The notes: a model not told the origin generated them from the letters alone. Positions 26,444 through 36,906 are shown, counted from the first letter of the stretch. The stretch: DNA of 38,449 bases from Planctomycetota bacterium (GCA_041164325.1 JBEAPQ010000110.1:1-38449), one strand, 5' to 3'. Program-made: numbers and translations.

Positions 26444-28529
26444 GCTGCTCTCCGCTGCCGCCGCCGCCGCGCCGTCCACCGGCGCCGCTGCCGCCGCCGG
26501 GGAAACCTCCGCCCGCGCCGGCCCCGCCCGGAGCGCCGCCCCGCCGGGTGCCGCCGCCGCCCGCGCCGGGGCTGTTGCCGCCCATGCCACCCGGACCGCC
26601 TCCCGGTCCGCGTCGGTTGCGGAACTGTTCCATCAGCTGGGCCTGCATGATCTGGAGCTCCGGGTCGGCTTCGATCGCCGCGCGGAGTTCCTGGTTCATG
26701 AACATGGCGCGGCGCCCGTCGGCCTCGAGGACTTCCTTGAAGGCGGGCAGCTTCTCCGCGACCTTCGCCTGGAAGGCCTCGAACGTCACCTCGGTGGCGG
26801 GGGCCGCCGGCGCAGCCTGGCGAGGTTCCTCCTCACCCGACTCCAGCTGACGGACTTCGTCGATCGTCTGGGGCTGCTCGAACTCGGGCGCGAGCACGCC
26901 TGCGGGCGGAGCCATGTAGATCTGGTCGCCCGCGTCGATGCCCTCGAGGATCTCCACGTGGGACAGCGTGTTCCGGCCGATCTTGACCTCGATCGCCTCG
27001 GGTCCGGACGCGCTCGCCCGCCAGACGTACTTCACGGCGCCCTGCCGCCGGACGGCCGAGACCGGGACCGTCAGCGTGTCCAGCACTTCACCGACGAGGA
27101 TCTCGACGGTGGAGGACATGTTGGGCCGCAGCTCCTCGTCGGAGTTCTCGCCGTCGAGCTCGACCCAGGTCTTGTAGACCTTGAGGTTGTTGTTGCTCCA
27201 GCGTGAGCTGGAGTCCGCGACCGGCGACACGCGGGACACGCGACCCGTGAAGATCTTGTCCGGGAACGCGTCGACCTGGATCGAAGCCGGCTGCCCGACG
27301 CGGATCTTGTCGATGTCCGCTTCCTGGATCTTCAGCTCGGCGGACATCCGCGTGACGTCCGGCAGGATGATCAGCGTCTGGCGTTCGCGGACCTCGGTGC
27401 CCTCCTGGATCATCTCGCGGCCGCGGCTGTCGAGCTCGGCGTAGACGACGAGGCCAGGCGTCGGCGCGGTGATCACCGCGTTCTTCAGCTGGAAGTCGAA
27501 GTTCTCGAGGCGCTCCTTCGCGAGCTCGTACTCCGCTTCGCGGCTGGCGAGCTCGGCTTCTTCGCGGGTGCGCCTTGCCATGTTGGCGGCGCGGACGCGC
27601 TCCAGGCCGATGACCGCATTGTTGTAGGTCAGCTCGAGGTCGATCTTCGTCTTGCGCAGCGTGTAGCCGATGAGGATGTCGAGCTGCTGCAGCGACACCG
27701 TGACCTTCGAACGCTGCGACTCGGCCTTCAGCTTGTCGCGCTCGAACTCGCTGCGCGTGATGTAGTTCTTGTCGTGCAGGGCCGTGCTGTAGAAGAGCGT
27801 GTCCTCGTCGATGGCCAGCTGCTGCTGCGCGAGCTTGATCTCCTGGATCTGCTCGAGGATGTCCTGGCCGAGCTCGCCCATCTCGCGGTCGAGCATGGTC
27901 TCCTGCTCGGCGGCGTCCGCGGAGAACAGGGCGAGGATCTTGGTCGACAGCTCTCCGAACTGAGGGAGGTCCTTGGCCAACTCGCCGATCCGCTCGATGA
28001 CGTCTCGGTTCGAGCCGCGGTCGTTCCGCGCGGCCTTCTCGGCGGCGGTCGTCGGCCGGCCGAAGAACTTCTCGCGGTCGATCTCAGCGATCTCGAGCTT
28101 GCTGCGCGCCTCGGCTTCGTCGGCGGCGAGCTCCTTCTCGAGGATCTCCATGTTCTGCCGCGCATCGACCAGCGTTGCGTACGCACGCTCGACGGTGATC
28201 GCCTGGTTGGCACGCCGCTCGGCGACCTCGCTGACGTCGAGTTCGACGACGCGCTCACCTGCCTCGACGACCGAACCTTCCGGGACGAGGAAGATGATCG
28301 TGGCCTGCCCCTCGACCTCCGAGCGGATGCGGGTCTCCCGCGCGGCCTTGAGCTCGGCGGACTCGCGGATCGAGATCCGCATCGGGCCCCGGGCCACGGA
28401 GTAGAGGTCGGCGGCCGCGGTGCCCGCGGCGCTGGGGGTGTCGCGGCCCGCATCGCAAGCTGCGAGGAAGAGGAGGGAAGTCGCCCAGGCCGCCCTCGGC
28501 AGGGCAGTGTGGTTCGGGTCGAAGTTCAT
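26433..28529 (-). CDS. HlyD/MacA-family periplasmic adaptor, lipoprotein, unusually long (698 aa)
   Basis: Lipobox FLAAC. Lipoyl half-motifs VPEGSVVEAGERVVELD and ITAPTPGLVVY, QEADIDKIRVGQ, a long coiled coil and a Gly-rich tail. Confidence 0.88.
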
Positions 28530-28594
28530 CGTGGTGGGCTTCTTGGTAGGTCGATTCAGGCGTCCAGCAGCCGGAGGTCCGGTCGGATCACGGG

Positions 28595-30319
28595 CTACGA
28601 GTCGACGTCGCGGGGCGACGTGGTGGGGACGAAGAGTTCGGGGTTCGCGAGTCCGCGCGCGGTTTCGGCGGCCTGCACCGCATCCTGCGTGTCCTGCGGG
28701 CCTGCGGGGAACGGCAGGCTCAGGTCGATGCGGAGCCCCTTCGGTTCGAGTGAGACGCCTTCGAGGTCGCGCAGCAGCTGCAGGCGCGCGATGGCGTAGT
28801 CCACGAGGGCTCCGGTCCGCGAGATGCGCGCCTGGAGCAGCGAGTCCTGGGCGTCGAGGACTTCGAGAGCCTGGACGCGGGCCGCCGTGTAGAGCTCCTG
28901 CGTGCTGTCGACGCGGCGCTCGGCGAGTTCCAGCGCCAGCGTCTGGATCTCGTAGTTCGCGACGCGGGTCGTGATGTTGCGGAGCGAGTTCCGGATCTGC
29001 TGCTTGATCCGGTCCTCGCCCTCTTCCCGGGAGCGGATCGCGTTGTTGAGGTTGATCAGGCTCTGCCGATAGCTGTTCCGCTGCGGAAGACGGTTCAGCG
29101 CGAGGTCCAGGTCGAAGCCTGCCGACCAGTTGACCTGGGACCAGTCGAAGTCGAGGGGCTGGCCGGAGTCCGTGGGCACCGACACGGCCGTCGAGAAGTC
29201 GAGGATGCTCTGCAGCGTGTTCTCGGTGATCACGACCTGGCGCGCGGCGTCCTCGACCTGGTCGAGCGTGTTCCGGTAGTCGAAGCGCCGGGCGAGCGCC
29301 AGTTCCGTGGCGCGCTCCGACGTGACGTCGACCGGCAGGATGCCGAGCTCCTCGAGGTTGTCGAAGGCCGACATGTCGAGCTCGATCTCGGCGTCGGTCG
29401 GGAGGCCGAGGTCCAGCTTGAACGCGTCGAGCGAGTTCTGGAGGCGGTTCTCGGCGTTGACGATGTTGTTCTGGGCCGACAGCTCGCTCTGCTGCGCGCG
29501 GTCGACGTCGTTGATGGCGCGGCGACCGGCCTCGTAGAACGCCTCGATCTGCTCGCGGTTCAAGCGGAGGCTCTCGTAGTTCCGCTGGACGCTCTCCAGG
29601 TTCTGCATGTCCTGGAGCACGGAGAAGTAGGACGACACGATGTCGACCGCGAACGTGTTGCGGAACCGTTCGAAGGAGCGGACCGCGTAGACGACGTCCC
29701 GCTCGGCCTGCGTCAGCGGTTCGCGGGTGACGATCTCGCCGAAGCCCTCGAGGAGGGGCTGGGTCAGGCTCAGGTTCAGCGCCGACGAGCCGTTCCAGCC
29801 GTCGCTCGAGACCAGCGACCGGAAGAAGCCGCTGGCGAACCCCGCGATGATGCGGGCCCCCGAGGTGGAGCGCACCGAGGCGCTGAGGTCTTCCTGGAAG
29901 GAGACCTGGGCCGCGTCGTCCGACGTGCCCGAGACACGGCCGGCGCCGCCGCCGCTCCACTGGACCGAGAACTCGTTCTGCTGGCGGGTCAGGTTGAGCG
30001 CCGCGCGGTAGAGGGCCTCCTTCTGCCGTGCGAAGTCGCGGCTGTTCTCGGCGGCGACGTCCAGGGCGGTGACGATGTCCAGGCGGACAGGCCCTGCCGC
30101 GGAAGCTCCCGCGAGCAGCCGGTGGCGCAACGTGTCGGTCTTCCGGCCGATGTCGAACGTCTTGGCCTCACCCGTCACGTCGGCGGCGGCGGCTTCGAGG
30201 ATCCGGTAGGTCTCGGCGTCGGCCTCCTCGACGTGGCGGCCAGGCGACTTGCAGCCAGCGAGGACCGCGGCGAGGCCGGTGAGGCCGGCAAGGACGAGGG
30301 CTTGGGGCGGAGTGGGCAA
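28595..30319 (-). CDS. TolC/outer-membrane efflux family lipoprotein
   Basis: Lipobox VLAGC. LSLTQPLLEG and two OEP-like helical repeats (YEAGR, YTAAR...LEVLDAQ). First gene of the TolC-HlyD-ABC operon. Confidence 0.88.
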   Translation of the reverse strand: MPTPPQALVLAGLTGLAAVLAGCKSPGRHVEEADAETYRILEAAAADVTGEAKTFDIGRKTDTLRHRLLAGASAAGPVRLDIVTALDVAAENSRDFARQKEALYRAALNLTRQQNEFSVQWSGGGAGRVSGTSDDAAQVSFQEDLSASVRSTSGARIIAGFASGFFRSLVSSDGWNGSSALNLSLTQPLLEGFGEIVTREPLTQAERDVVYAVRSFERFRNTFAVDIVSSYFSVLQDMQNLESVQRNYESLRLNREQIEAFYEAGRRAINDVDRAQQSELSAQNNIVNAENRLQNSLDAFKLDLGLPTDAEIELDMSAFDNLEELGILPVDVTSERATELALARRFDYRNTLDQVEDAARQVVITENTLQSILDFSTAVSVPTDSGQPLDFDWSQVNWSAGFDLDLALNRLPQRNSYRQSLINLNNAIRSREEGEDRIKQQIRNSLRNITTRVANYEIQTLALELAERRVDSTQELYTAARVQALEVLDAQDSLLQARISRTGALVDYAIARLQLLRDLEGVSLEPKGLRIDLSLPFPAGPQDTQDAVQAAETARGLANPELFVPTTSPRDVDS

Positions 30320-30646
30320 GGCGGTTTCGGGCGGGGGATCGGACGGAGTCGGCGCCTCTTCGCTCCAAAACGCCGACCGGATCGACAGGAATAGACGATG
30401 TCAGCTCGGGGAGGCAGGTCGCCTTGCGACGTTTCTGTCCCGGGTTCCAGAACTTGGGACGGATCGGGCGTCGTTTCCGGGGTGGCGGTCGCCGCCGTGG
30501 AGCCGCTACCATGCCGCCGCCGATCCGGACGTTCCGGACGGCGGCGGGTCCGGATGCCGGGAGGGCTCCCCCCGTCCAAGTCGTGCCGCGCCCGCGCGGC
30601 ACATCGAGTGGACCGGAGCCAGCGGTTCCGGGCGATGCAGGGGCGG

Positions 30647-31354
30647 ATGGCCAAGATCCTGGTCACGGCCGGGCCGACGCGCGAGCACATCGACGCTGTC
30701 CGGTTCCTGTCGAACGGCAGCACGGGCCGGATGGGCTACGCCCTGGCCGCGGCCGCCGTCGCAGCCGGCCACGACGCGGTCCTGGTGTCGGGACCGACCG
30801 CGCTGCCTTGCCCGCCGGGGGTCGAGAGGATCGACGTCGTCTCCGCGCGTGAGATGCACGACCGTGCGCTCGCGGCGTTCGTCGACTGCGATGCTGCGAT
30901 CGGGGCTGCGGCCGTGGCCGACCATCGGCCCGCCCATCCGGTCGACGGCAAGCCGGCCAAGGAAGCGTCCCCGGTGACGCTGGAACTCGTGCCCAACCCG
31001 GACGTCATCGCCGCGCTGGCTGCTGCCGCGCGGGCCTCGGAGACCCGGGGTAGGCGGAGGGTCGTGGTCGGGTTCGCGCTCGAAGCGTTCGGGGAGGACT
31101 CCCGATCCCGGGGCGCGGCCGAGGAGCGGGCGCGGGCCAAGCTGGCCCGCAAGCAGCTCGACTGGATCGTGTTGAACCGGCTGGACGCGCTCGGCAGCGC
31201 GACCAACCGGATGGTTCTGCTGGGGGGCGAGGGGGCGATGGTCGAGCTGCAAGAGCAGCTGAAGGACGACGCCGCCCGCGCTCTGATCGCGCACTGCCTG
31301 GCCCAGATCGGGCCGTCGGTGCAGGTGCAGGCCGCATCGGAGGAGGAATCGTGA
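30647..31354 (+). CDS. coaB: Stand-alone phosphopantothenoylcysteine synthetase (CoaB domain only)
   Basis: ILVTAGPTREHIDAVRFLSNGSTGRMG, AAAVADHRP, VVGFALE and KQLDWIVLN. No CoaC flavoprotein domain. Confidence 0.88.
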   Translation: MAKILVTAGPTREHIDAVRFLSNGSTGRMGYALAAAAVAAGHDAVLVSGPTALPCPPGVERIDVVSAREMHDRALAAFVDCDAAIGAAAVADHRPAHPVDGKPAKEASPVTLELVPNPDVIAALAAAARASETRGRRRVVVGFALEAFGEDSRSRGAAEERARAKLARKQLDWIVLNRLDALGSATNRMVLLGGEGAMVELQEQLKDDAARALIAHCLAQIGPSVQVQAASEEES

Positions 31355-34300
31355 GCAGGAAGCGCAACAAGGGACCTCGTGTCGTTCCCGTCGAGGGCAT
31401 CTCGGGGCTCGGCCTCGGTCCGCGGGGACGTGAGCTGGTCGCACTCTGCCTGATGGGGCTCTGCCTGTTCGGGCTCTTGTCCCTGGCGACCTTCGACCCG
31501 TCGTCCCTCGATGCCGAGGGGATCCCTCGGGGTGGCCTCCGGAACCTGGGAGGCGTCGTCGGCTACGCGTTGGCGAGCGGGTTCACGTTCGTCTTCGGCG
31601 CTTCGGCGTGGCTCCTGTTCCTTGCCGGAGGCGTTGCAGGAGTGCTGTTCTTCCAGGGCCGGACGGTCGACAAGCCGATCCTCAAGGTGCTGGGAATCGT
31701 CGTGTTCGCCGCGATGGCGTCCCTGCTGCTCGCCGGTCCGTACGGCGATGCGGAGTCCTCGCGCTGGTTCCCCTACGGACCGGGCGGGCGCTTCGGCGCC
31801 AACCTGTCGCCGAAGCTCTACGCGGCCTTCGGTGGTTCGGGCCGCCTCCTGATCCTGATGTTCGGGATGCTGTGCTCGCTGCTGCTCGCGACCGAATGGC
31901 TGGTGTCGCAGCTCCTCGTGGCCAGTCTCGACCTGGTCGAGCGGGTGGCACGTCGCGTGCGGCTTCCCCGACCCGCGTTTGCGGGTCTGGGCGGGTCGAT
32001 GGGGGGTGGCGCCGTCGCGGAGTCCGAGGACCCACCGGCACGTGCGCGGCCTGCGTCCGCGGCGGTCGACGCCGAGGAAGCCGGGGACACGGAAGACGAG
32101 GAAGTGTCCCCGGCCACGAATCGCCGCCGTCGGCGGCGCCAGCGCGCCGAGATCGAGGCGGTCGAGGAAGTCGTGGCGACAGACGCGGTCGACGCCGAGG
32201 CCGCCGCCGACGAAGGCGTCGACGGGATCGATCCGGATCTCGACGACGAGGCGTCGGCCTTCGACGAGACGGAGGCCACGGACGGCGATGCGTGCGAGGT
32301 CGAGGAGGAAGGAGATGTCGCGGAGCCGGAGGATCCGGTCGCGGCTTCGGACGAGGATTCCGAAAGCGCGGCGGACGACGGCAGTGAGGATCCGAATCCG
32401 ACGCGGGCATCCCGCGCCTCCGCCGCCCGCAAGCGTCGCCGGCGCGCGCGGGCCAAGCATCCGGAGCTGCCGCTGCTGGGGCCCTATCCGTACCCGCCGC
32501 TCTCCCTGTTCCGCGACGTCCCTCCGGTCGATCTGGGCAACGTCCAGCCGATGCCCGACGACAACGCGAAGGCGATCGAGAAGCGACTGCTCTCCTTCAA
32601 GATCGAAGCCCAGGTGGTGGAGAGGTGGGTGGGGCCGACGGTGACGATGTACGAGGTCAACGTCGGCGAGGGGATTCGCGTCGGGAAGGTCAGCGGCTTC
32701 GAGCCGGACCTCGCGGCGGCCCTGCGCGCGGTCAGCATCCGCATCGTGGCTCCCATCCCGGGCAAGGACACGGTCGGGATCGAAGTCCCGAACAAGCGGC
32801 GCAACATGGTGCTGATGCGCGAGCTGGTCGAGCAATTCGGGGTGGTTCCCGACATGGCGATCCCGCTCTTCCTGGGCAAGGACGCGACGGGCAAGCCGAT
32901 CGTCGAGGACCTCGCGCGGATGCCGCACCTGTTGATCGCCGGCACGACGGGTTCGGGCAAGTCGGTCTGCATCAACGTCATCCTGCTGTCGATCCTGATG
33001 ACCCGGACGCCCCAACAGGTCCGGATGATCCTCATCGACCCCAAGATGGTCGAGCTGCAGAGCTACAAGGATGTCCCGCACCTCGCCTGTGACCTCGTCA
33101 CCAACATGAAGAAGGCGCCCGCGGTCCTCGAGTGGGCCGTCGATGAGATGGAGCGGCGCTACGAGATGTTGAAGGATGTCGGGACGACCAACATCTCGAA
33201 CTTCAACGCGATGGGGCAGGAGGAGATCGAGAACCGCCTCCAGCGCCCGATCGAGCCTTCCGAAGCGCAGCTCTCCTACATCGTCGTCGTCATCGACGAG
33301 TTCGCGGACCTGATGGCGACCGCGCAGAAGGACGTCGAGGACTCGATCCAGCGCCTCGCGCAGAAGTCGCGCGCCGTCGGGATCCATGTGATCCTCGCGA
33401 CGCAGCGTCCCAGCGCGAACGTCATCACGGGCGTCATCAAGGCCAACCTGCCAGCGCAGATCGCGTTCAAGGTCAGCCGCAAGCTCGACAGCCGCGTGAT
33501 CCTCGACATGAACGGCGCCGAGAAGCTGTTCGGGCACGGCGACATGTTGTTCGTCTCCCCGGCCGTGAACCAGACGATCCGCGCGCAGGGAGCTCTCGTC
33601 ACCGAGGAGGAGGTCAAGGCCGTCGTCGCCCACATCGTCGACAACGGTCCGCAGCGCTGCGCGATCCCCGCGCTGATCCAGACCGAAACGGCGCAGAAGC
33701 GCGGCTTCGCGGACCAGGACGAACTCTACGTCAAGGCCGTCGAAGTCATCCTGTCGCAGCAGCGTGGCTCGGCCACGCTGATCCAGCGTGCGCTCTCGGT
33801 CGGCTACACCCGCGCGACGCGCCTCTTGGAGATGATGGAAGAGGACGGCCTCGTCGGGGCGTACTGCGGTTCGAAGTCGCGCGACGTCCTGATGACCCTC
33901 GAGGAGTGGCAGGAGCGGGAAGCGGCGATGGATGCCGAGCTCGCGGAGCTGGAGGAAGACGGAGAATTCGAAGACGACGAGCTCCTCGAGGAGGACGACG
34001 TCACCGTGGAGCCTTCAGGTGCCGCAAGAGAGGGCGGCGCCGAGGCGTCGGCCGAGATCGGACTCCCCGTGCGTGGCGGCGACGCGCCCGATGCAGACGG
34101 CGGGGCGGAAGAACCCTCCGCTTCTGCGGATGCCGACGAAGACGACGATCCGGCCGCGGAGCTCGACGAAGACGAAGTCCTCGAGCGAGAGGACGAGGAC
34201 GACGAAGAAGAAGACCTCGAGCAAGAGGACGAGGACGAAGACGCCGACGACATCGAGCTCAGCGTGGAGGACGACGACGAGTCGGCCGTCGAAGAAGGCG

Positions 34301-34449
34301 TCGATGCCACCTGGGGCGGGCTCGAGGATGGCGAGGAGGATTCCGACGATGCGGACGAGTCCGAGGGAGCATCCTGGGGTGAAGACGACGACGCGGACGA
34401 GGACGAGGACGACGAGGACACGGAAGACGAGGACGAAGCGCGCCGCTGA
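31351..34449 (+). CDS. ftsK: DNA translocase FtsK (TM N-terminus, acidic linker, motor, gamma domain, acidic tail)
   Basis: PHLLIAGTTGSGKS, LIDPKMVEL, VVIDEFADLM, LATQRPS, GAEKLFGHGDML and gamma domain GYTRATRLLEMME. Confidence 0.97.
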   Translation: MSRKRNKGPRVVPVEGISGLGLGPRGRELVALCLMGLCLFGLLSLATFDPSSLDAEGIPRGGLRNLGGVVGYALASGFTFVFGASAWLLFLAGGVAGVLFFQGRTVDKPILKVLGIVVFAAMASLLLAGPYGDAESSRWFPYGPGGRFGANLSPKLYAAFGGSGRLLILMFGMLCSLLLATEWLVSQLLVASLDLVERVARRVRLPRPAFAGLGGSMGGGAVAESEDPPARARPASAAVDAEEAGDTEDEEVSPATNRRRRRRQRAEIEAVEEVVATDAVDAEAAADEGVDGIDPDLDDEASAFDETEATDGDACEVEEEGDVAEPEDPVAASDEDSESAADDGSEDPNPTRASRASAARKRRRRARAKHPELPLLGPYPYPPLSLFRDVPPVDLGNVQPMPDDNAKAIEKRLLSFKIEAQVVERWVGPTVTMYEVNVGEGIRVGKVSGFEPDLAAALRAVSIRIVAPIPGKDTVGIEVPNKRRNMVLMRELVEQFGVVPDMAIPLFLGKDATGKPIVEDLARMPHLLIAGTTGSGKSVCINVILLSILMTRTPQQVRMILIDPKMVELQSYKDVPHLACDLVTNMKKAPAVLEWAVDEMERRYEMLKDVGTTNISNFNAMGQEEIENRLQRPIEPSEAQLSYIVVVIDEFADLMATAQKDVEDSIQRLAQKSRAVGIHVILATQRPSANVITGVIKANLPAQIAFKVSRKLDSRVILDMNGAEKLFGHGDMLFVSPAVNQTIRAQGALVTEEEVKAVVAHIVDNGPQRCAIPALIQTETAQKRGFADQDELYVKAVEVILSQQRGSATLIQRALSVGYTRATRLLEMMEEDGLVGAYCGSKSRDVLMTLEEWQEREAAMDAELAELEEDGEFEDDELLEEDDVTVEPSGAAREGGAEASAEIGLPVRGGDAPDADGGAEEPSASADADEDDDPAAELDEDEVLEREDEDDEEEDLEQEDEDEDADDIELSVEDDDESAVEEGVDATWGGLEDGEEDSDDADESEGASWGEDDDADEDEDDEDTEDEDEARR

Positions 34450-34550
34450 GAGCGTGTGACTCTATGGAGCCACGGGCTCTCCCGCGGCCGCGGAGCGGCC
34501 GCCAAGCAAGCACGTCAGAGCCTGTAGACTGATTTCGTCACAGGCTGTGA
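34447..34550. mobile_element. Candidate 98-bp MITE-like element with 11-bp terminal inverted repeats and TGA direct repeats
   Basis: TGA[GAGCGTGTGAC (34450-34460) ... GTCACAGGCTG (34537-34547)]TGA. The terminal repeats match at 9/11. The left TGA is the ftsK stop. Confidence 0.4.
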
Positions 34551-34709
34551 GTCGGAGCGCGGGCTGCAGCACGCCCCAATTCGGGAGAGCCCCGGTGGCC
34601 GCGGTTGTCGCCCCTCCGGCGGCGATCTAGGATGGCCCGGTTCGCCTTCCGCACGCGCGCGCCCACACGCCGGTGCCCCAACCCCTCCTCGATCCGCGTT
34701 CCGTCACCC

Positions 34710-35735
34710 TTGAGCCAGCCGTCACCCGCCTTCGTCGCAGCCCTTCGGGACGCACGCTCGATCATCCTGACCGGGCACGAACATCCCGACGGTGACTGCC
34801 TCGGCGCGCAGGCGGCCTTGCACCAGCTCCTCGTCGGGCTCGGCAAACACGTGCGGGTCCTGAACCCGGATCCGCCGGCGAAGGCGTTCGACTTCCTGGG
34901 GAGGAACGTCCGCTACGAGGCATACCGCAGCGGCCCGCTCCCGCCGTGTGACCTGTTGATCCTCCTCGACTGCTCCGAGCTCCGGCGCCTGGGGCGGTTG
35001 CAGCGTGCCGTGGAATCTGCGGCGCCGCGGATTGCGGTGATCGACCACCACGTCGGCAGCGAGTTCGGCGATGGAGACGTGTCGTTCGTCGACACCGAGG
35101 CGGCCGCGACGGGTGAGCTGGTCCACCGGCTGTTCCGTGCCCTGGACCGTCCGCTCGACCGCGTTGCCGCCGAGGGTGTGTTCGTGTCCCTCGTCTCGGA
35201 CACCGGCTGGTTCCGCTACTCCAACACCACGGCGCGCGTCTTCGAGCTCGCCGCAGACGTGGTGCGTGCAGGCGTCGACGCGTCCGCGTTGTTCGACCTG
35301 CTCAACCGTCGCAACGAGGCGGACTCGGTGGCGATCCTCGCCGACGCCATCGGGCGCAGCCGGATCACTCTCGACGGACGGTTCGGATCGGTGCAGCTCG
35401 AACGTCCGGTCGTCGAGCAGAGCACGCGGATCGGCTTGGACCTGGACCTCGTGATGGAGCCCCTCCGCTCGGTCGGCTCCATCGAAGTCGTCGCGATGCT
35501 CAAGGAGAGCCACGACGGCGGCGTGAAGATCTCGCTGCGCGCCTCGCGTGACGTGGACGTCCAGAAGATCGCGGTGTCCTTCGGCGGTGGGGGGCACAAG
35601 AAGGCGGCCGGTGCGTCGGTGCGCGGGACGCTCGACAGCGTCCGCGTGGACGTCGAGGCGGCGGTCTTGCGGGCGTTGGAGCACATGCCGAGGGGCGCGG
35701 GCTGCGCGGTGCGGGGTTCCGCTCATGCCCCGTGA
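34710..35735 (+). CDS. nrnA: DHH/DHHA1 phosphoesterase (bifunctional oligoribonuclease/PAP phosphatase NrnA); start uncertain
   Basis: HEHPDGDCLG, LLDC, IDHH, SDTGWF, SLRA and GGGGHKKAAG. TTG at 34710 is my choice; ATG 34632 is possible. Confidence 0.88.
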   Translation: MSQPSPAFVAALRDARSIILTGHEHPDGDCLGAQAALHQLLVGLGKHVRVLNPDPPAKAFDFLGRNVRYEAYRSGPLPPCDLLILLDCSELRRLGRLQRAVESAAPRIAVIDHHVGSEFGDGDVSFVDTEAAATGELVHRLFRALDRPLDRVAAEGVFVSLVSDTGWFRYSNTTARVFELAADVVRAGVDASALFDLLNRRNEADSVAILADAIGRSRITLDGRFGSVQLERPVVEQSTRIGLDLDLVMEPLRSVGSIEVVAMLKESHDGGVKISLRASRDVDVQKIAVSFGGGGHKKAAGASVRGTLDSVRVDVEAAVLRALEHMPRGAGCAVRGSAHAP

Positions 35736-36483
35736 TCGCTTCGCGCTGATCTCCGACATCCACGCCAACCTCGAGGCGCTGACCGCGGTCTTCGAGGACA
35801 TCGACGCCCTCGGGGTCACCGACGTCCGCTGCCTCGGCGACGTGGTCGGCTACGGCGCAGACCCTGAGGCCTGCACCGCGATGGTCGCGGCGCGCTGCCG
35901 CTGGACGATCCTCGGCAACCACGACCACGGTCTCGGCACGCCGCTCCGCGACTTCAACCCGCTTGCTGCCGACGCGCTGGAGAGGACGCGGAAGCGGCTC
36001 CGCCCCGCGTGGTTCCGCCCCGGACGGAAGAGGAACTGGGAATTCCTCACGTCTTTGCCGAACCGGAAGGAGGAGGGCGGCTTCCTGTTCGTGCACGGTT
36101 CGCCGCGCGACCCGATCCTCGAGTACCTGCTCAAGAGCGACGGGTTCCTCGATCCGGACAAGCTTGCCGCGAACTTCGCGCAGATCGATCGGCCGTGCTT
36201 CGTGGGGCACACGCACTGGCCCGGCTGGCACGACACGACGTTCCGATTCACGCACGCCCGCGGCGACCACATGGAACTCGAGCTCCCGGACGGGCCGATC
36301 CTGGTCAACGTCGGCAGCGTCGGGCAGCCGCGGGACGGGGACCCGAGAGCCTCCTACGTCGTCGTCGACGGTCGGACCGTCCACTTCCGCCGCGTGGCCT
36401 ACGACGTCGCGGCCGCGCAGTCCAAGATCCTTGCGGCCGGTTTCCATCCCGCCCTCGCCGAGCGCCTCGCGCGCGGCAAGTGA
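35725..36483 (+). CDS. Calcineurin-like metallophosphoesterase
   Basis: ISDIHANLEAL, LGDVVGYG, GNHD, VHGSP, GHTH and NVGSVGQPRDGDPRASY. Confidence 0.92.
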   Translation: MPRDRFALISDIHANLEALTAVFEDIDALGVTDVRCLGDVVGYGADPEACTAMVAARCRWTILGNHDHGLGTPLRDFNPLAADALERTRKRLRPAWFRPGRKRNWEFLTSLPNRKEEGGFLFVHGSPRDPILEYLLKSDGFLDPDKLAANFAQIDRPCFVGHTHWPGWHDTTFRFTHARGDHMELELPDGPILVNVGSVGQPRDGDPRASYVVVDGRTVHFRRVAYDVAAAQSKILAAGFHPALAERLARGK

Positions 36484-36528
36484 AGCTGGTCTTGCTCCCG
36501 CCTCCCGCAGGCGATTGGATCGCCGTCG

Positions 36529-36906
36529 ATGGACGAGAGCCGTGGAGCGGGCCCTGAGTCGGGCGTCACCGTCGTGCTGTGCACGGCGCCGGTCGAACGT
36601 GCGGAATGGCTGTCCGAGCGGCTGCTCGAGGACGGTTGGATCGCCTGCGCCAACCTCGTCGGCCCGGTCGTGTCCCGCTACGTGTGGGAGGGGCGGCTGG
36701 AGAGGGCCGAGGAGGTCCTCCTCGTCCTCAAGACACGGTCCGACCTCGTCCCATCGATGACGGCTCGCCTCGTCGAGCTGCACCCCTACGAGGTCCCGGA
36801 GGTCCTGGCGCTCCCCGCAGCGGGCGGGCTGGAGTCCTACCTCGCCTGGGTCCGGGCATCGTGCCGGAGCGCCGCAGGCGTGCAGGACCCGCCGGGCGAT
36901 CCGTAG
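36529..36906 (+). CDS. cutA: Divalent-cation tolerance protein CutA
   Basis: IACANL, SRYVWEG, LVLKT, HPYEVPEVLAL and YLAWV. Confidence 0.93.
   Translation: MDESRGAGPESGVTVVLCTAPVERAEWLSERLLEDGWIACANLVGPVVSRYVWEGRLERAEEVLLVLKTRSDLVPSMTARLVELHPYEVPEVLALPAAGGLESYLAWVRASCRSAAGVQDPPGDP

Noticed and set aside
30736-33633. 965-aa minus-strand ORF and other long antisense or alternate-frame ORFs (e.g. 1321-2991, 8969-10864, 11811-13652, 36728-38281)
   Set aside because: They overlap recognisable genes on the other strand or in another frame and have Arg/Pro/Gly-rich or mirror-codon composition.
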